Positions 1-12,344 of a DNA stretch of 64,000 nt are shown here, piece by piece. The number at the start of each line of letters is the position of its first letter. The first letter of the stretch is position 1. The stretch spans positions 15,872,001 to 15,936,000 of the forward strand of contig CATNEN010000003.1 in assembly GCA_950097015.1 (NCBI GenBank), written 5' to 3'. Source of the stretch: Macrostomum hystrix. Taxonomy: Eukaryota > Animalia > Platyhelminthes. The position numbers and the translations under genes were made by a program. The notes beneath the pieces are model-generated. The model had not been told where the DNA came from and did not search any database. It saw only the letters and a list, made by a program, of their open reading frames with translations.

Positions 1-2821
1 TTGGATTCTTATCGTCCGATTTCTGAGACGGCATCAACTCAAAGCTCTCATACAAATAGTTCTGCGTCATCAAGTGTGATAGCTCTGCTTCCTGGTCAGC
101 CGGAAATTCCTACGGAGCTGTTCGCTCAACAATTAGCCGTTTGTCTGCCTGGTAGTGTGCGGTTAGTTCCCCAATTTGTCAATGATATCAACTGCTTGAT
201 TTCTCTTTATCCTTCAATCTTTGGTAACACAATAAAAACCAGTCGTATTATCGATTTAATCCAAACGTGATTTAATCCAAATATTAGCCTCTGCAGAACA
301 TCAGGCAAAATGATATATAACTTAGAGTAATAAAACTAGTTCCTACTAGTTTTATAAAATGATTCGCATCTCTAAGAGACGAAGTTTATGGATAAGTTGT
401 AGAGCGGTCTTGCGTATTTGCCCCAAGCACCAAGGTCCCTGTGCTCAAATCTCGGGGTGAGACCACATTAATTTGGGCGTAAAAGTTACGCCCAACAATC
501 AAAAAGTCAGGGCAGCTGTACACTCAGCCATGCTGAGCAATAGAGTCTGCTTTACATATTAGCTAATTAGATTGGGTCTAATTTCTAAATGTCAAGTATT
601 GAGGCTTCCAGTTCTTGAATAAATTCTTAATGCACAAAGTTAAAAAATTGATTTCCAATATTAGGTGCCTATCAGAGGACCAAGCCCGTCACTCTTGGTC
701 CTCCACTTCAACATCGGATTCAGACATCGATTCCTACTGCGCAGACGAAGCGCTGCGCTACTGGCTAGCATCTCAGGAGGACAGTCAGATTTGTGATGAA
801 TTCAGTTCCACCTGGCATCAGCGTCAGCAAGTGCGCAGCCAGCAGCCATTCCTATTTATTCTATTAGCGTTAGACTATGCTCCAACTGAATGGACTAGAG
901 CGTGCCTGCGTCGAGCTGACACAGTTTTAGTCCTGTGCGAACATTCCAACAGTGCGCAACCTGGATTAGCCGAGTTGCATTGCTCTTCTAGTTCAACTAG
1001 TCAACAAAGACTTGTACATAGAAAACGTCGCATAGAATTGGTATTGCTGCATCCGTCTAAGCGCAGAGTAGTGCCAGCTGGTAGTACACTGCCTCATCTG
1101 CTGGCTAGACCTTGGCTAGCCACCCACTGGCATCTCAGACTACCTGCTTGGCTAAGAAGAAGAAAAATTGTCAATGGACGCCTAAAGGTTAGTAGGATAT
1201 GCTGTCGTCGGAAAGCTCTGAATGTTTGTTTATCGAAAAGGGTGGAAAACTTAGATCCATATGGCGGACTTTTATGAAAATTGGTCATTCGGTTTTGGAG
1301 CTATTCTAAAGTAGACAATAGGTATTTGAAATAGACTAAACCGTCCTTACCCAGGTAGGTAATATCGTGCTATTTCTACTGTCAAGTGATCCAATTCCCA
1401 GATCCTCTTAATCAATGCTGTCTGTCTGTCTGTCCTTAAAACTTCCTTGAAAATGTCTCGATTAGAGCCTTGGACTACAGACTAACATTTTGGCAGTTCG
1501 AATCCCAGCTGAAGGGATGCGGTTTTTCAACATATTATTAAGAAAGGGTGTCATCAATCAGCTGAGTTAGAACTCGAGTCCACGATCTTAACAACCGTAT
1601 TTTAGCAAAATTAGTTGAAACAAATATATCCTTACGCAAAATTTGCGCCAGTTTCTTCACACGCAAAATCCTGCGCGAATTCCCTCGCAGACCCACCTGA
1701 CGCCGCCACCCGACATGCGCCGTCTAGCTCGCCATCTGTCCTCAGCCAGTCTGGGCGTAGCTCTTGGCGGCGGCGGGGCTCGCGGAGCAGCCCACCCGGC
1801 TGTGCTGCGGCTGCTAGCTAATCGGGGTGTTGCTGTTGATGCTGCCTCGGGCACCAGCATTGGTGCCTTGGTTGGTGCATTGTGGGCCCTGGACACCTGT
1901 CCGGAATCGGTGCTGCACACTGTTAAACGATTATTCTTTGAAGCTAGTAGAAAGGCTAACCAAGCCTACGATATGACACTGCCATTGGTGTCGTTCTTTC
2001 GCGGCGGCCTACTAAACAGTCTATTGTTAGATTGCTTTGAAGCAAAGCGTGGCATTGAAGACCTTTGGCTGCCTTGCTATTTTATTGCGACCGAGCTTCG
2101 CAGTAGGCGCATCAGAATATTGAGCCGCGGGCCGTTGTGGAGAGCAGTCCGAGCCAGCATGTCCTATCCGGTTCTGCTGCCGCCGGTCTGGTCCGACGAT
2201 GGCAAAGACTGCCTCGTTGACGGCTGCTTTGTGAACAATCTGCCAGCTGATGTGCTGCGCAAACGTGCTCAGGTAGCTTCGGTCATTGCCGTAGACATAT
2301 CGGATAGTAACCGACTGGAGCCCGGTCGATTTCAAGTCTACGGCGACCATCTGTCTGGCTTCGCTGCCCTGCTAAGTCCCGCCGGACGCTATCCAAGACT
2401 GATTGATGTGCAAATGCGCCTGGCCAGCATTACCTCCAATATGCACGTCACTAAGCAGAGACTGAGAACAGTTGACTGGTGCTGGTATCTGACACCGCCT
2501 GTTCAAGGCTTCGGCATCGCTGCGTTCAACAATTTTCAACAGGTCTACTCTACCGCTGTCAATTATTTGGAAGACAAGTGGAGACAAGATCTAGCTGACG
2601 GATCTTTGCCTAGTTGGCTAGTTGATGCGGCTGCTAATTCCTTATCGGCTAACAAAACTACCGATGCTCTGAGATCTAGTGATCAGGAATTCCACTGCAA
2701 CCGTCCAGTGGACGGTTCTACAGCTTCTATCGCTGTAGCTGAAAATTTAAAAGTTCGCCCGCGTCACTGTGTTGCTATTGGACACGCCTCTGCGGCTGGC
2801 TTACTGTGCTACTATTGTTGA
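1..2821 (+). CDS. PNPLA6: Neuropathy target esterase / swiss cheese-like patatin phospholipase (PNPLA6/7 family), 3' part of a multi-exon gene truncated by the window start
   Basis: The last exon (~1691-2821, after acceptor TCCCTCGCAG) has the patatin motifs LGGGGARG (oxyanion loop), GTSIG (nucleophile Ser), LWRAVRASMS and LVDGCFVNNLPAD (catalytic Asp). The upstream exon (~676-1187) has the NTE-typical 'PTEWTRACLRRAD' and 'IELVLLH', and the last exon opens with 'DMRRLAR'. Probable first exon 1-223. Upstream splice sites are approximate, and PNPLA6 versus PNPLA7 cannot be resolved. Confidence 0.85.
396..523 (+). mobile_element. Degenerate, internally deleted copy of the tRNA-derived SINE (intronic)
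   Basis: Matches the SINE head (TAGAGCGGT...GCACCAAGGTCCCTG...CCACATTAATTTGGG) and AAAGTCAGGGCAG-TGTACAC of the copy at 25849-26214. Confidence 0.6.
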
Positions 2822-3496
2822 AACCATTGGATATAACCTACTTGGCTCAGCTAATTCCATTTATGTCAACGGCTATTTAGACTTTTGCGCTGACATTTAG
2901 TGCCCTCGTATTTTGATGTAAAGATTTGCAGCTCAATAAAGGTTCAATATGTCCTCGAATCATAAAAAATTATGGATATTTTGGTTAAATCATCGAACTG
3001 CATGTCTTGAGGTTCCAAATACAGATCCTCATGCTTGGACCTCAGATCCTCATGCTTTAACCTCAGGAGCTTGGACTTCAGAATCTTCATATCCTCAGGT
3101 TTACAGATCTTCTGGGCTAAAAAAATGTATCAAAATCTTTCGTTCCATTATTTATTTTCCAAGAGCGATTTGTGATGTCATTTTTTTCCGTTTAGCTTAT
3201 AGGCTTTTTCAATGAATAGAGTTTTTTATAGATATGAGTTTTGTGTTTTTTGTGATTTAATTATAGTTATTTAATGCACATACATTGCGTCGTTTTTTAT
3301 TGCTTTTTAAATGCGATAAATATTTATAGTTTTAATATCTGCAAATAGTTATTTACTTCCGTTTTTTTCTTGTTTTATTGGTCTTTCCCAAAATTCAATT
3401 CTAATGGTGCCTTCACTTTTCTATTTAGAAATTGTGTAACAATCTTTGAGGTGCAACACTTTCCATTTGACACTTGCTGTCCTATCAGTGCATCGA

Positions 3497-3793
3497 AACT
3501 ATGCCTACTACTACTGCTGCACCAACTGCTCTACCAAATGCTGTACCAAATGCTGTACCAACTGCTCTACCAAATGATGTACCAACTGCTCTACCAAATG
3601 ATGTACCAACAGCTGTACCAACTGCTGTACTAACTGCTGTACCAAATGCTGTACCAACTGCTGTACCAACTGCTGTACTAACTGCTGTACCAAATGCTGT
3701 ACCAACTGCTGTACCAACTGCTCTACAAACTGCTGTACCAACTGCTGTACCAACTGCTGTACCTACTGCTGTACTAACTGCTGTACCAACGGC
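3497..3793. repeat. 12-bp tandem repeat (ACTGCTGTACCA)n
   Basis: Direct periodicity; gives the repetitive (TAVP)n and (VQQL)n ORFs. Confidence 0.9.
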
Positions 3794-5164
3794 TGAACAT
3801 CTGGCCCAATTTGGTTAGCTGTCATTTCTATTTAACTTTGTAATACTTGTACTTTTGTGTGACAGTTTTTTTCGGTTTAAGAAAAGTTTTTTTTGTTTCA
3901 ACGATTTGTTTGTGCTTTTGTTCACTAGGCGACAAATTTATTAATAAAAGTATTGCAGGCGATAAGAATCTATTGTGCTCGATAAGTTGCGAAACAAGGA
4001 AATTGTATTCCATTTTTATTATTTTTAATACCCCATGTACTGAGTGTACACGATTAATTTTCTAGACACCAGATTATTTTGTCAGTTTTTGCTCCATAAG
4101 CTCCTTGTTAACTATTTATAAATCATACATTACAATCAACACGTTCTAAATTTACCTGATTTTTGTAATGTTTTTTCTCTCCTTGTTTTCAATAAATTCG
4201 TTTTGTTAAAGCTGCACAAACAATAATAATGTGCTTTTCTGCTTTCAGATTTATTCTTTTATTGTGTTTAGTTCAGAAAATAGTAAAATATATGTTTTTT
4301 AAATGTTCTTGTAATAATTTTCGGAGAAGAATGATGCAAATTTAAAGGCGAATTTGAAGGATTGGGGATTCAATTACCGGTGTGTTTTTACCTAGCCCAA
4401 ACTACAGTAAGGATTCTGAGGCTTATCAAATTGCTTCTCCTGAAAGTTTGGCTGCTAAGAATGCAGGAATTGAAACCCTTTGATTCTTGTGACATTAGAA
4501 GGCCGAGTCTGACTTCTCCTAAGCTAGTGTTGTACGCTATTTTCTCACTTGTTTTTACACAGATTGTAAGATAATATAAATCAATCAATTGCACACCTCA
4601 TTAATCTCATTACAGCCAAGAAGATCAGAAAACTATGAAGCTGAAAGCGATCAATATTTTACAGACTATATGACAGACACTGATATCTAACGAAAGTAAG
4701 CGGCATTTCACTACACTCGTATTTTCCCACTCTTGTAATTTACCCATACGGAATCCAGTTATTATCTTCCTATTACTTATTTCGTGTAAGAAAACTAGTG
4801 ACGATGGTCGTTACTTCTTCTGAAGTTTCTAAGCTTATACTTTGTTTTCCCAGGCTAGCAAAATTGGTGCCGAATGCACCATTTATATTGATACGAATGT
4901 GTGACTGATACAAACTAGTCATGTTCTTAACTAAAGCATTTTTAAAGAATTAACAAATCATTTCTTTTATATGTTCTTTTCTTCTTAAAATTCGTTTTAA
5001 TTTTCGAAGTTAAGAATTTGCTTCGAGTGAAAGTGCTGCTTTGGGAATGAGTACATAACAAGCAGTTTAACAATTTTTTTAGATTTTTATGCAACCCCCT
5101 GCTAGACGGCATTATAAAGGTTTTCTAAAGTCTACAGTCAATACATTATTGGATTATATTTTTA

Positions 5165-5700
5165 TAATGATTGCAGGAGGGCTGCGGGCAATGGAACAAC
5201 ACTTGGTGACACTAGACACGCCTCTCGCAGACAGGTACCTAAGTTCGATTCCACGGCGAGGCCACATTTATTTGGGGCGGCGCCGCGGAGAGAAGGCTTG
5301 GCGGCTTGTCGTGCAATTTACGCCCTTGAGGGCCAGCCTCCAAGGCACAGTGAGAGTGTACACCGCCTGACGATGAGAAAGTCAGGGCAGATGTACACAC
5401 CTGTGTGTGTGTGCTCAGCAGTCAGCGAAATGGGCAGAATTGCCTCCTCGCTGGCTGCGGGTCTAGTGTCACAAAATGATGTGCCCTTCCCCGCAGCCCT
5501 CCTGCAATTAATATTGTTATTATTATTATTAACACCTGACCTGACCTCATCGTCAGGCAGTGTAAACTCTCACTGTGCCTTGGGTGTTGGCCCTCAAGGG
5601 CGTAAATTGCACTACAAGCCACCAAATAGATGTGGCCTCGCTGCGGAATAGATTTTAATGACCTTAGTGAGAGAAGCAAGCATGTTAGGCTGCTCTGCGA
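5165..5700. mobile_element. Nested, opposed SINE copies
   Basis: 5165-~5232 is a SINE 3' end in minus orientation. ~5233-5531 is a plus-orientation copy from the B box (GTTCGATTCC) to the (ATT)n tail. ~5540-5700 is the 5' half in minus orientation. Confidence 0.8.
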
Positions 5701-6197
5701 CACATGGATTCTCTAGTTTAAAACTGATTTAAGAAACTCACCAAATCTCACCATTTTATTTCTTTGAAATCGTTACTTTTAACGATTAATTGCCACGTTT
5801 TTGTGAGTTGTTGAACTTAACGAACAAATAAATTATTAGTAAAATAAAAATATATGATCTATCAACGTTTATTTGTAGATTTCTAAAAAAGCTTTCTTAC
5901 AAAATCTTGTATTTGAAGTATTGGCTTTTTGAGTCGTTAGTCACATTAGCTCGTATGTACTCGTAAATTCACTAAATTGAAAAAAACGAAACTGGTCTTC
6001 TTTTTTAAGTTACATTGATTGTACATTTTTAATAGACAGTGCACGTGAACCATGCACTATTGATAGACAAACATAACAAGACAGAGTCTGACAGAAAATT
6101 AAAACAGAAATAGCATTAGAAGAAAAAGATCAGGTGCGTCTGAATTTAGGACGACGCAAACACTTTAACGACTCACGACTGTGATATCAAAGACCAA

Positions 6198-7197
6198 GAA
6201 GACGTCAGTGTCTATGGTGACTGTGACATCACAGACAGAAGACGTCTGTCTATGGTGACTGTGACATCACAGACATAGCTAGAAGACGTCAGTGTCTATG
6301 GTGACTGTGACATCACAGACAGAAGACGTCTGTCTATGGTGACTGTGACATCACAGACATAGCTAGAAGACGTCAGTGTCTATGGTGACTGTGACATCAC
6401 AGACAGAAGACGTCTGTCTATGGTGACTGTGACATCACAGACAGAAGACGTCTGTCTATGGTGACTGTGACATCACAGACATAGCTAGAAGACGTCAGTG
6501 TCTATGGTGACTGTGACATCACAGACAGAAGACGTCTGTCTATGGTGACTGTGACATCACAGACATAGCTAGAAGACGTCAGTGTCTATGGTGACTGTGA
6601 CATCACAGACAGAAGACGTCTGTCTATGGTGACTGTGACATCACAGACATAGCTAGAAGACGTCAGTGTCTATGGTGACTGTGACATCACAGACAGAAGA
6701 CGTCTGTCTATGGTGACTGTGACATCACAGACATAGCTAGAAGACGTCAATGTCGATGTGGACTGTGACATCACAGACAGAAGACGTCAGTGTCTATGGT
6801 GACTGTAACATCACAGACATAGCTAGAAGACGTCAATGTCGATGTGGACTGTGACATCACAGACAGAAGACGTCAATGTCGATGTGGACTGTGACATTGA
6901 CGACATTGAAGACGTCAATGTCTATGGTGACTGTGACATGACACAGATATAGAAGACGTCAGTGTCTATATGGTGACTGTGACATCACAGCCATAGAAGA
7001 CGTCAATGTCTATGGGGACTCTGACTTCACAGACATATAAGACGTCAATGTCTATGGGGACTGTGACATCACAGACATATAAGACGTTAATGTCTATGGG
7101 GACTGTGACATCGCAGACATATAAGACGTCAATGTCTATGAGGACTGTGACATCGCAGACATATAAGACGTCAATTTCTATGGGGACTGTGACATCC
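6198..7197. repeat. Minisatellite with 40/44-bp alternating units (GAAGACGTCAGTGTCTATGGTGACTGTGACATCACAGACA), mostly an 84-bp dimer
   Basis: Direct periodicity; units become more divergent toward 7197. Lies just 3' of the TTC23-like stop codon. Confidence 0.95.
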
Positions 7198-7258
7198 CCT
7201 TAAAAAGTTTTTGCAGATTCATTCTCAGCTAATCAGAATTTTGCAGGTTGTTAAAAAA

Positions 7259-9839
7259 TCAGTTGAAAACTCCCACAGTTGCACTGCCGCCACCGCTGCT
7301 TTTACTGCTGCGCGCTACGATTCCATTAAAACGAGGCCGATTCTTCATGTCGTAGCCTGCCTGCTTGCCCTCCATGCTGGGGTGCCTGCGAAGTGCGGGT
7401 TTAGTACATCTTGTACTCAAATACGTACTTATGAGCTTGATGGCTGATATGAGCGGAGCTACAGTACTCACTTGAGCACTGTATCAATCGTGGGCTGCAG
7501 CTCGCGACAGATCCTGTTGCCGGGGCCGTGCAACACCTCCGCTATGTCGAATGCCCGCTGGAGATCTTGCAAGGCCTTCTCTAGCCGGCCCTGGCTTAGC
7601 CAAAGCGAGCCCAGAAGCCTGTAGGAGTCGAGTACCTGGGCGGAGAAGTCGCCGTGAACTCTTGCTTTAACCTTGACATTGTCCTGCAGCAGTCTGGCTC
7701 CTTCCTCAACCTTGTCCGATCTAATTAGCAGCTTGGCGAGCTCGTCCTGTGCGTCGCACACCGCAGGATGCTCGGGTCCGTGCAGCTGCAGGCAGGCGGT
7801 CAGGCATTCCTGCATGTAGCTCTCGGCCGATGCCTGAGCGGCTACGTCCCCGCACTTGGCGTAGGCGGTAGCCAGAGCTCTGGCTGTGCCCGCTGCCTCC
7901 TCGGTGAATTCCCCGTTGGCGCTGCGATGGGGTGGAAGAATTAAGGGGATTAAAGACATCCCGTTGTTGGCGGTTGGCAGGGATAATAAAAAAAATAATT
8001 TCAGGAGGGCTGCGGGCAATGACACATCATTTGGTGACACTAGACCCGCAGCCAGCGAGGAGGCAATTCTACACATTTCGCACTGACGCACGCGGATTCA
8101 GTAAGCAGGCACACGCTCACACAGGTGTGTACATCTGCCCTGACTTTTTCATTATCAGGCGGTGTACACTCTCACTATGCCTTGGAGTCCAGTCATCAAT
8201 GGCGTAAATTGCCACTACAAGCCCCTAAGCCTAATACGCTCTGCGGCTGCGCCCCAAATTATTGAATGTGGCCTAGACGCGGAACCGAGATTTAGGAACC
8301 TTGGTGGGAGAGGCAAACGCGAGTCAGATATTGTGTGGTGCAGTGATATTTGGTATTCGTAGTGGACTGCATACTATAAATATAATTAGTCGAGTCCGCT
8401 CACTGTGCTGTTGCAATCTCGTGCGCCTTCAGGTACATTTCGATGGCTCTCTCGTGATTGGGGAACTCCGGTCTTGACTGTTCGGTGGCGCCCACACCCT
8501 GGTAGAGCGGCACCAGCTCACGAGAGCCCTTGCCGTAGCGCTTCTCGCACGCTGCAATGGCCTGCTCGTAGTAAGAGACAGACACTATCGGCTTGCTGAG
8601 CTTCGCGTTTATCCTGCGAGAATTCGATTGGTTACCTCAGCGGTTGAATAATTTGGACGAATCTTTTGATTGAATGAACCGTACTTAAATACAAACTGGC
8701 TGACCACCTCATGTGTTACGGTTTTTATTTACATTACTATAATACTTACTTTGCCAGCGAAGTCCAAATCTTGAGCTTGGCCTCGAGCAGAAAATCGTGT
8801 TTCACAATAGACAGCTTAGCCAGTTCTTGCACAATCTTCTCCGCTTTGAGCAGACTCTGTTCGGCCTCTTGAAATTTCTTCAACAAAGACTGCGCCCGAC
8901 CGAGGGTGTGATAGGTGAGGAGGCTGATCTTGAGAAAGTCCAGCCGAGTGAGCTCGGAACTGGTCGCTCCGAATGCGACCCCGGCATCGTCTGAGGCTCC
9001 ACCTTCTGCCGAGTCCAGCAGAAGGATGTTCTTAGCGTGCTCCGCGTGTTCCTCGGCTTGCTGGGCGAAGTCTGTTCGGGTGTAAAGAGAGGCCATCGAA
9101 ATCAAGATGCACTTTAAGCTTATTGGGTAAACCACAATTACAGCTAGTCATGCCGACAAGCTCTTACTAGTTCCCTTGTAATCCAGATATCCCTTTGCCA
9201 GCTCAGTGTAGGCCTCAGCGTATTTGAAGTGCTGTGGACCATAGACTAGCACGCTGAGCGCTGTCTGCCTGACTAACTGGCGCATCGCATTGTTGAACTG
9301 GCGTCTGGCTGCAAATTTGGCCACCAGCCGTCTGGCTCGATCCAGCAGCTCGTCTGGTGGCGGCAGCGACTGCCCTGACGTCGATTCATCGTCGTCGTCT
9401 TCAAGACTTTCGCCAGCTCGTCGGTTTCTACGACCTTGACGACGCCGCCGTCTCGACTTTGGCAATGGTGCTCCCGCTGTTGCATCCTCTTCCCGAGCTT
9501 CGGGATGTCGCGGCACGCCTGGGTCCAAGTCTGACTGGTACTCGTCTGTGTCGGTGGTATCATTGTAGGCTCCGCTTTTAGAGTGGCTGGGACTACCGTC
9601 TGCAGGGGCAGCCGCGGCTTCAGCGCCTGTTCCGGGCGGCTCCTCGGGTTCGGAAACCTCACTGTCCTCTTCATAATCGTCACCGTAATTATCAGCGGAC
9701 TCATATCTGAGTAATGAATAAATGTGTGATTTGTTTAATGCTAAGAGCAATTGTAACAATTTTTGCAATGGAAAAAACTAATTAATGCTTACTGGTCCGA
9801 GTGCAGGCTTCCTGGAATTTTTATGTCTTTGCTTGGCAT
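7259..9839 (-). CDS. TTC23: Tetratricopeptide repeat protein, TTC23-like
   Basis: Six phase-consistent GT-AG exons: 9839-9793, 9706-9168, 9071-8750, 8613-8404, 7921-7472, 7385-7259. Contains TPR-like helices (YAEAYTELAKGYLDYKG-TNFAQQAEEHAEHAKNIL; YHTLGRAQSLLKKFQEAEQSLLKAE; HGPEHPAV; SYRLLGSLWLSQGRLEKA) and an acidic N-terminus. The family call is from remembered similarity. Confidence 0.8.
7984..8322 (-). mobile_element. tRNA-derived SINE, near full length, in a TTC23-like intron
   Basis: Colinear with the other copies; accounts for most of the only long intron (7922-8403) of this gene. Confidence 0.85.
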
Positions 9840-10858
9840 CGCTTAAGTGCTGAAATATATCATAGTTTATATTTTTTCAGTTTAAGTTCAATACCCGTGT
9901 CCACTGACTGAATGCATTAAACAAATATGCTGATACTAAAAGGCTTATTCTGTTTAACTAAATACCTGTATCTGCATTCGTTGGCCCACATATCTATATA
10001 ACAAGGATATCATAAAATAATGAAACAATGCAGTTTTAGGCATTCATTCTTTAACTAGATCATTAAGTCAAGAAATAAAAATGAAGACTATTTGAAGTTC
10101 AACTTTACTTAAAAATATCATGAAAGTTATCAACTAAGACTGTAAATCGGTTTAGAAAAAATGCACAGAAATGTAAAAATATTCATGTATATAAACACCG
10201 AAAGATGACTAAAAATGTTTTTATTTACTATCAGTAAGTAGGTACTAGTCTCTGTAGTGCGGGCTCACACGTCACAACAGGCACCAGAGCCAACTATTTT
10301 TAAAAAATGTGTGACCAATCCTGAATTAAAGTTTGGAATGAACACAAAAATTTTTCGATTATTATCTTAGTAATCTCTACAAAATAAAAATATTTTAAAA
10401 TATATTGAGTTAAATCTATTTTTACATACAGTAAACCAACAAACAACGAGCAAAGCTGTGGCATTTTGTTAAAATATAGTTAGTTCGACTTTCAAGGAAT
10501 AAAAAAACTGTGCTTCAAAACTGCTTTAAACGATTCGATTTACCGATTACTCATTACTCTACAGTTCAAGTTAAGAAGAAAGAAATGAAATATTTATTTG
10601 TAGAAAAAAGTTTTTTAACTTAAGTAGCTGCTTCATTCGTGTATACTCTTATTAATATTAGCAAAATATTTATGTAACCATTTTTTATATGGCTGAGCAA
10701 GAAAAGGCAAAAACTTTGCATTTGTGTGTGAGTGTGATTTCAAATCGTTTAACATTTGTTATATGTAAAATCTGTAAATCCATCATTGAAATTTGAAACT
10801 CTAGAGGCAAATTTTGTGAAACTTATTTATGTGCTTTATTTTTTAGATTTTAAGCCTA

Positions 10859-11502
10859 GGCTATAGTGCACTTTCGTTCTCGAAATTATTTTTCAGTTTA
10901 AATTTAAAAGTTCGAAACCAGAATATAGGCCTATGCTTAGGCCCCTAGGCCTAACATTATACAAATCCAGCGGTTTGTCCTGCCCGGCACATGGATCCTG
11001 ATTGACAGTTGGTAAGCCTACAACCAAGTGGCAAATGTAGTTGGTGGCCACGGAGACCACGGTGTCATGAAACATCGACTCCATTTTGTGGACCCAAATG
11101 ACGCGACTCTTTACACCAACTCGATTGAGGGAATGTGGGTGCATTGCAAGGCCAAATTCAGGGCCATGTATGGAACAAGTGATGCCCTCTTTGAGAGCCA
11201 CATCCAGGAGTTTATGTGGCGCCGACTGTTTGGAGCAAACAGGGCTTTCGGAAACATGCTTTTCTGGATTTGCCACTACTAGGCCTACAATACCCAGTGA
11301 CAAGCTGTGTCCACCATTAGAACACAATGATGAGTTGGCAAGTTTGGCACCCAAAGAGCTAAAAAGATACAAAGTGCTTTGGCACAATCATTAGAATTTT
11401 TCAAAGGCAAAGCATCAATTTTTGTCATTGTTATTGTTTTCTGGTTTCAAAGTTTTAAATTTAAACAAAAAATAATTCTGCAAATGAAAGTGCACTATTG
11501 CC
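10859..11502 (+). mobile_element. Internally deleted Merlin (IS1595/ISXO2-like) DNA transposon with a pseudogenised transposase C-terminus
   Basis: Imperfect ~60-bp terminal inverted repeats (GGCTATAGTGCACTTTC...TTTAAATTTAAAA...GAAACCAGAA / TTCTGGTTTC...TTTAAATTTAAA...GAAAGTGCACTATTGCC). The inside translates VLPGTWILIDSW*AYN...HFVDP...TNSIEGMW...K...FESHIQEFMWRR, the ISXO2/Merlin DDE C-terminal signature, with an in-frame stop. No target-site duplication visible. Confidence 0.8.
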
Positions 11503-12344
11503 TCATAATACTAAGCATACATGTGCAACCTCCCAATTCTTAGCCAGCCATGCAACTTAGTTTTTAAGCCTAAAATGTGAGATACATTCATTCATTGCTC
11601 TATTTACAAGTAAGTTTGCTCTCATTTGCAACTTAGTTTGCTCTCATTTGCAACTTAGTTTGTTGTCCCTTGGTCCCCCCTTTGATTTTTTGTGCTTGGT
11701 CAATTGGTTTTTGCAACTTACTTTGCTTGGCCCTTGTTTCACCTGGCCGGTTCGGCAGTGTTGGCCGGGTGTTGAGCATGTATGATACTAAGTTTTTATG
11801 CTTCAACAAAAGACTTCGATTTCTAAGACCAGATAGCTTGTTATAAAACTAATTTAACAACTTCTGCATTTTAATTATTGCTAGGCATAAAATGTCTCAG
11901 TTATGCTCTTTAAGAATTAGAACCTGGGCAATCCTGATTCCTGAAGATTCTTGCATTAATTTATTTCAGGCACTTACAGAAGATAGGCCTAGTGTAGATA
12001 AGGTAGGCCTACTGGGGACAGATGTTGCGGATGTAGTTGACCAACCACATAGTCTTGACCAGCCTGCCTTTGGAAGGTCCCAGGTCATCTTGGTGACAGA
12101 CGTTTCAGTGACAGATGTTTTGGTTAGGCCTACAACCTTTTTAACCAAGTTATTTTGTAGCCACAGGTCTTCCTGTGGCTACACTCTACAACCTGCCTTT
12201 GGCTTATCATTCACGTGTTGTGTTATATTAAAGTTGTTATAACATGGTTGCAACTAATTTCTTTCCAAGCAACGAAAAGAAAAAGAAAAAAAGAAATATT
12301 TCTTTCTCTTTCCAAGAAGTCAGATAAACTGTGAAAGTCGATTA

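Noticed and set aside
1455-1520. tRNA-like remnant (GTTCGAATCCC B box) in the patatin-gene intron
   Set aside because: No complete cloverleaf; probably a decayed SINE head, but a single short copy is too little to call.
3474-3818. Mucin/antifreeze-like (TAVP)n ORF
   Set aside because: Coincides with a 12-bp tandem repeat open on both strands; no signal peptide or convincing exon context.
5089-5703. Recurring short ORFs with 'HCALEVGPQGRKLHDKPP' at several loci
   Set aside because: Antisense translations of SINE copies with inconsistent frames; not a protein family.
6198-7197. CRISPR-like appearance of palindromic ~40-bp repeats (also considered for the 28-bp and 31-bp arrays)
   Set aside because: Units are head-to-tail with no unique spacers, there are no cas genes, and the context is eukaryotic.
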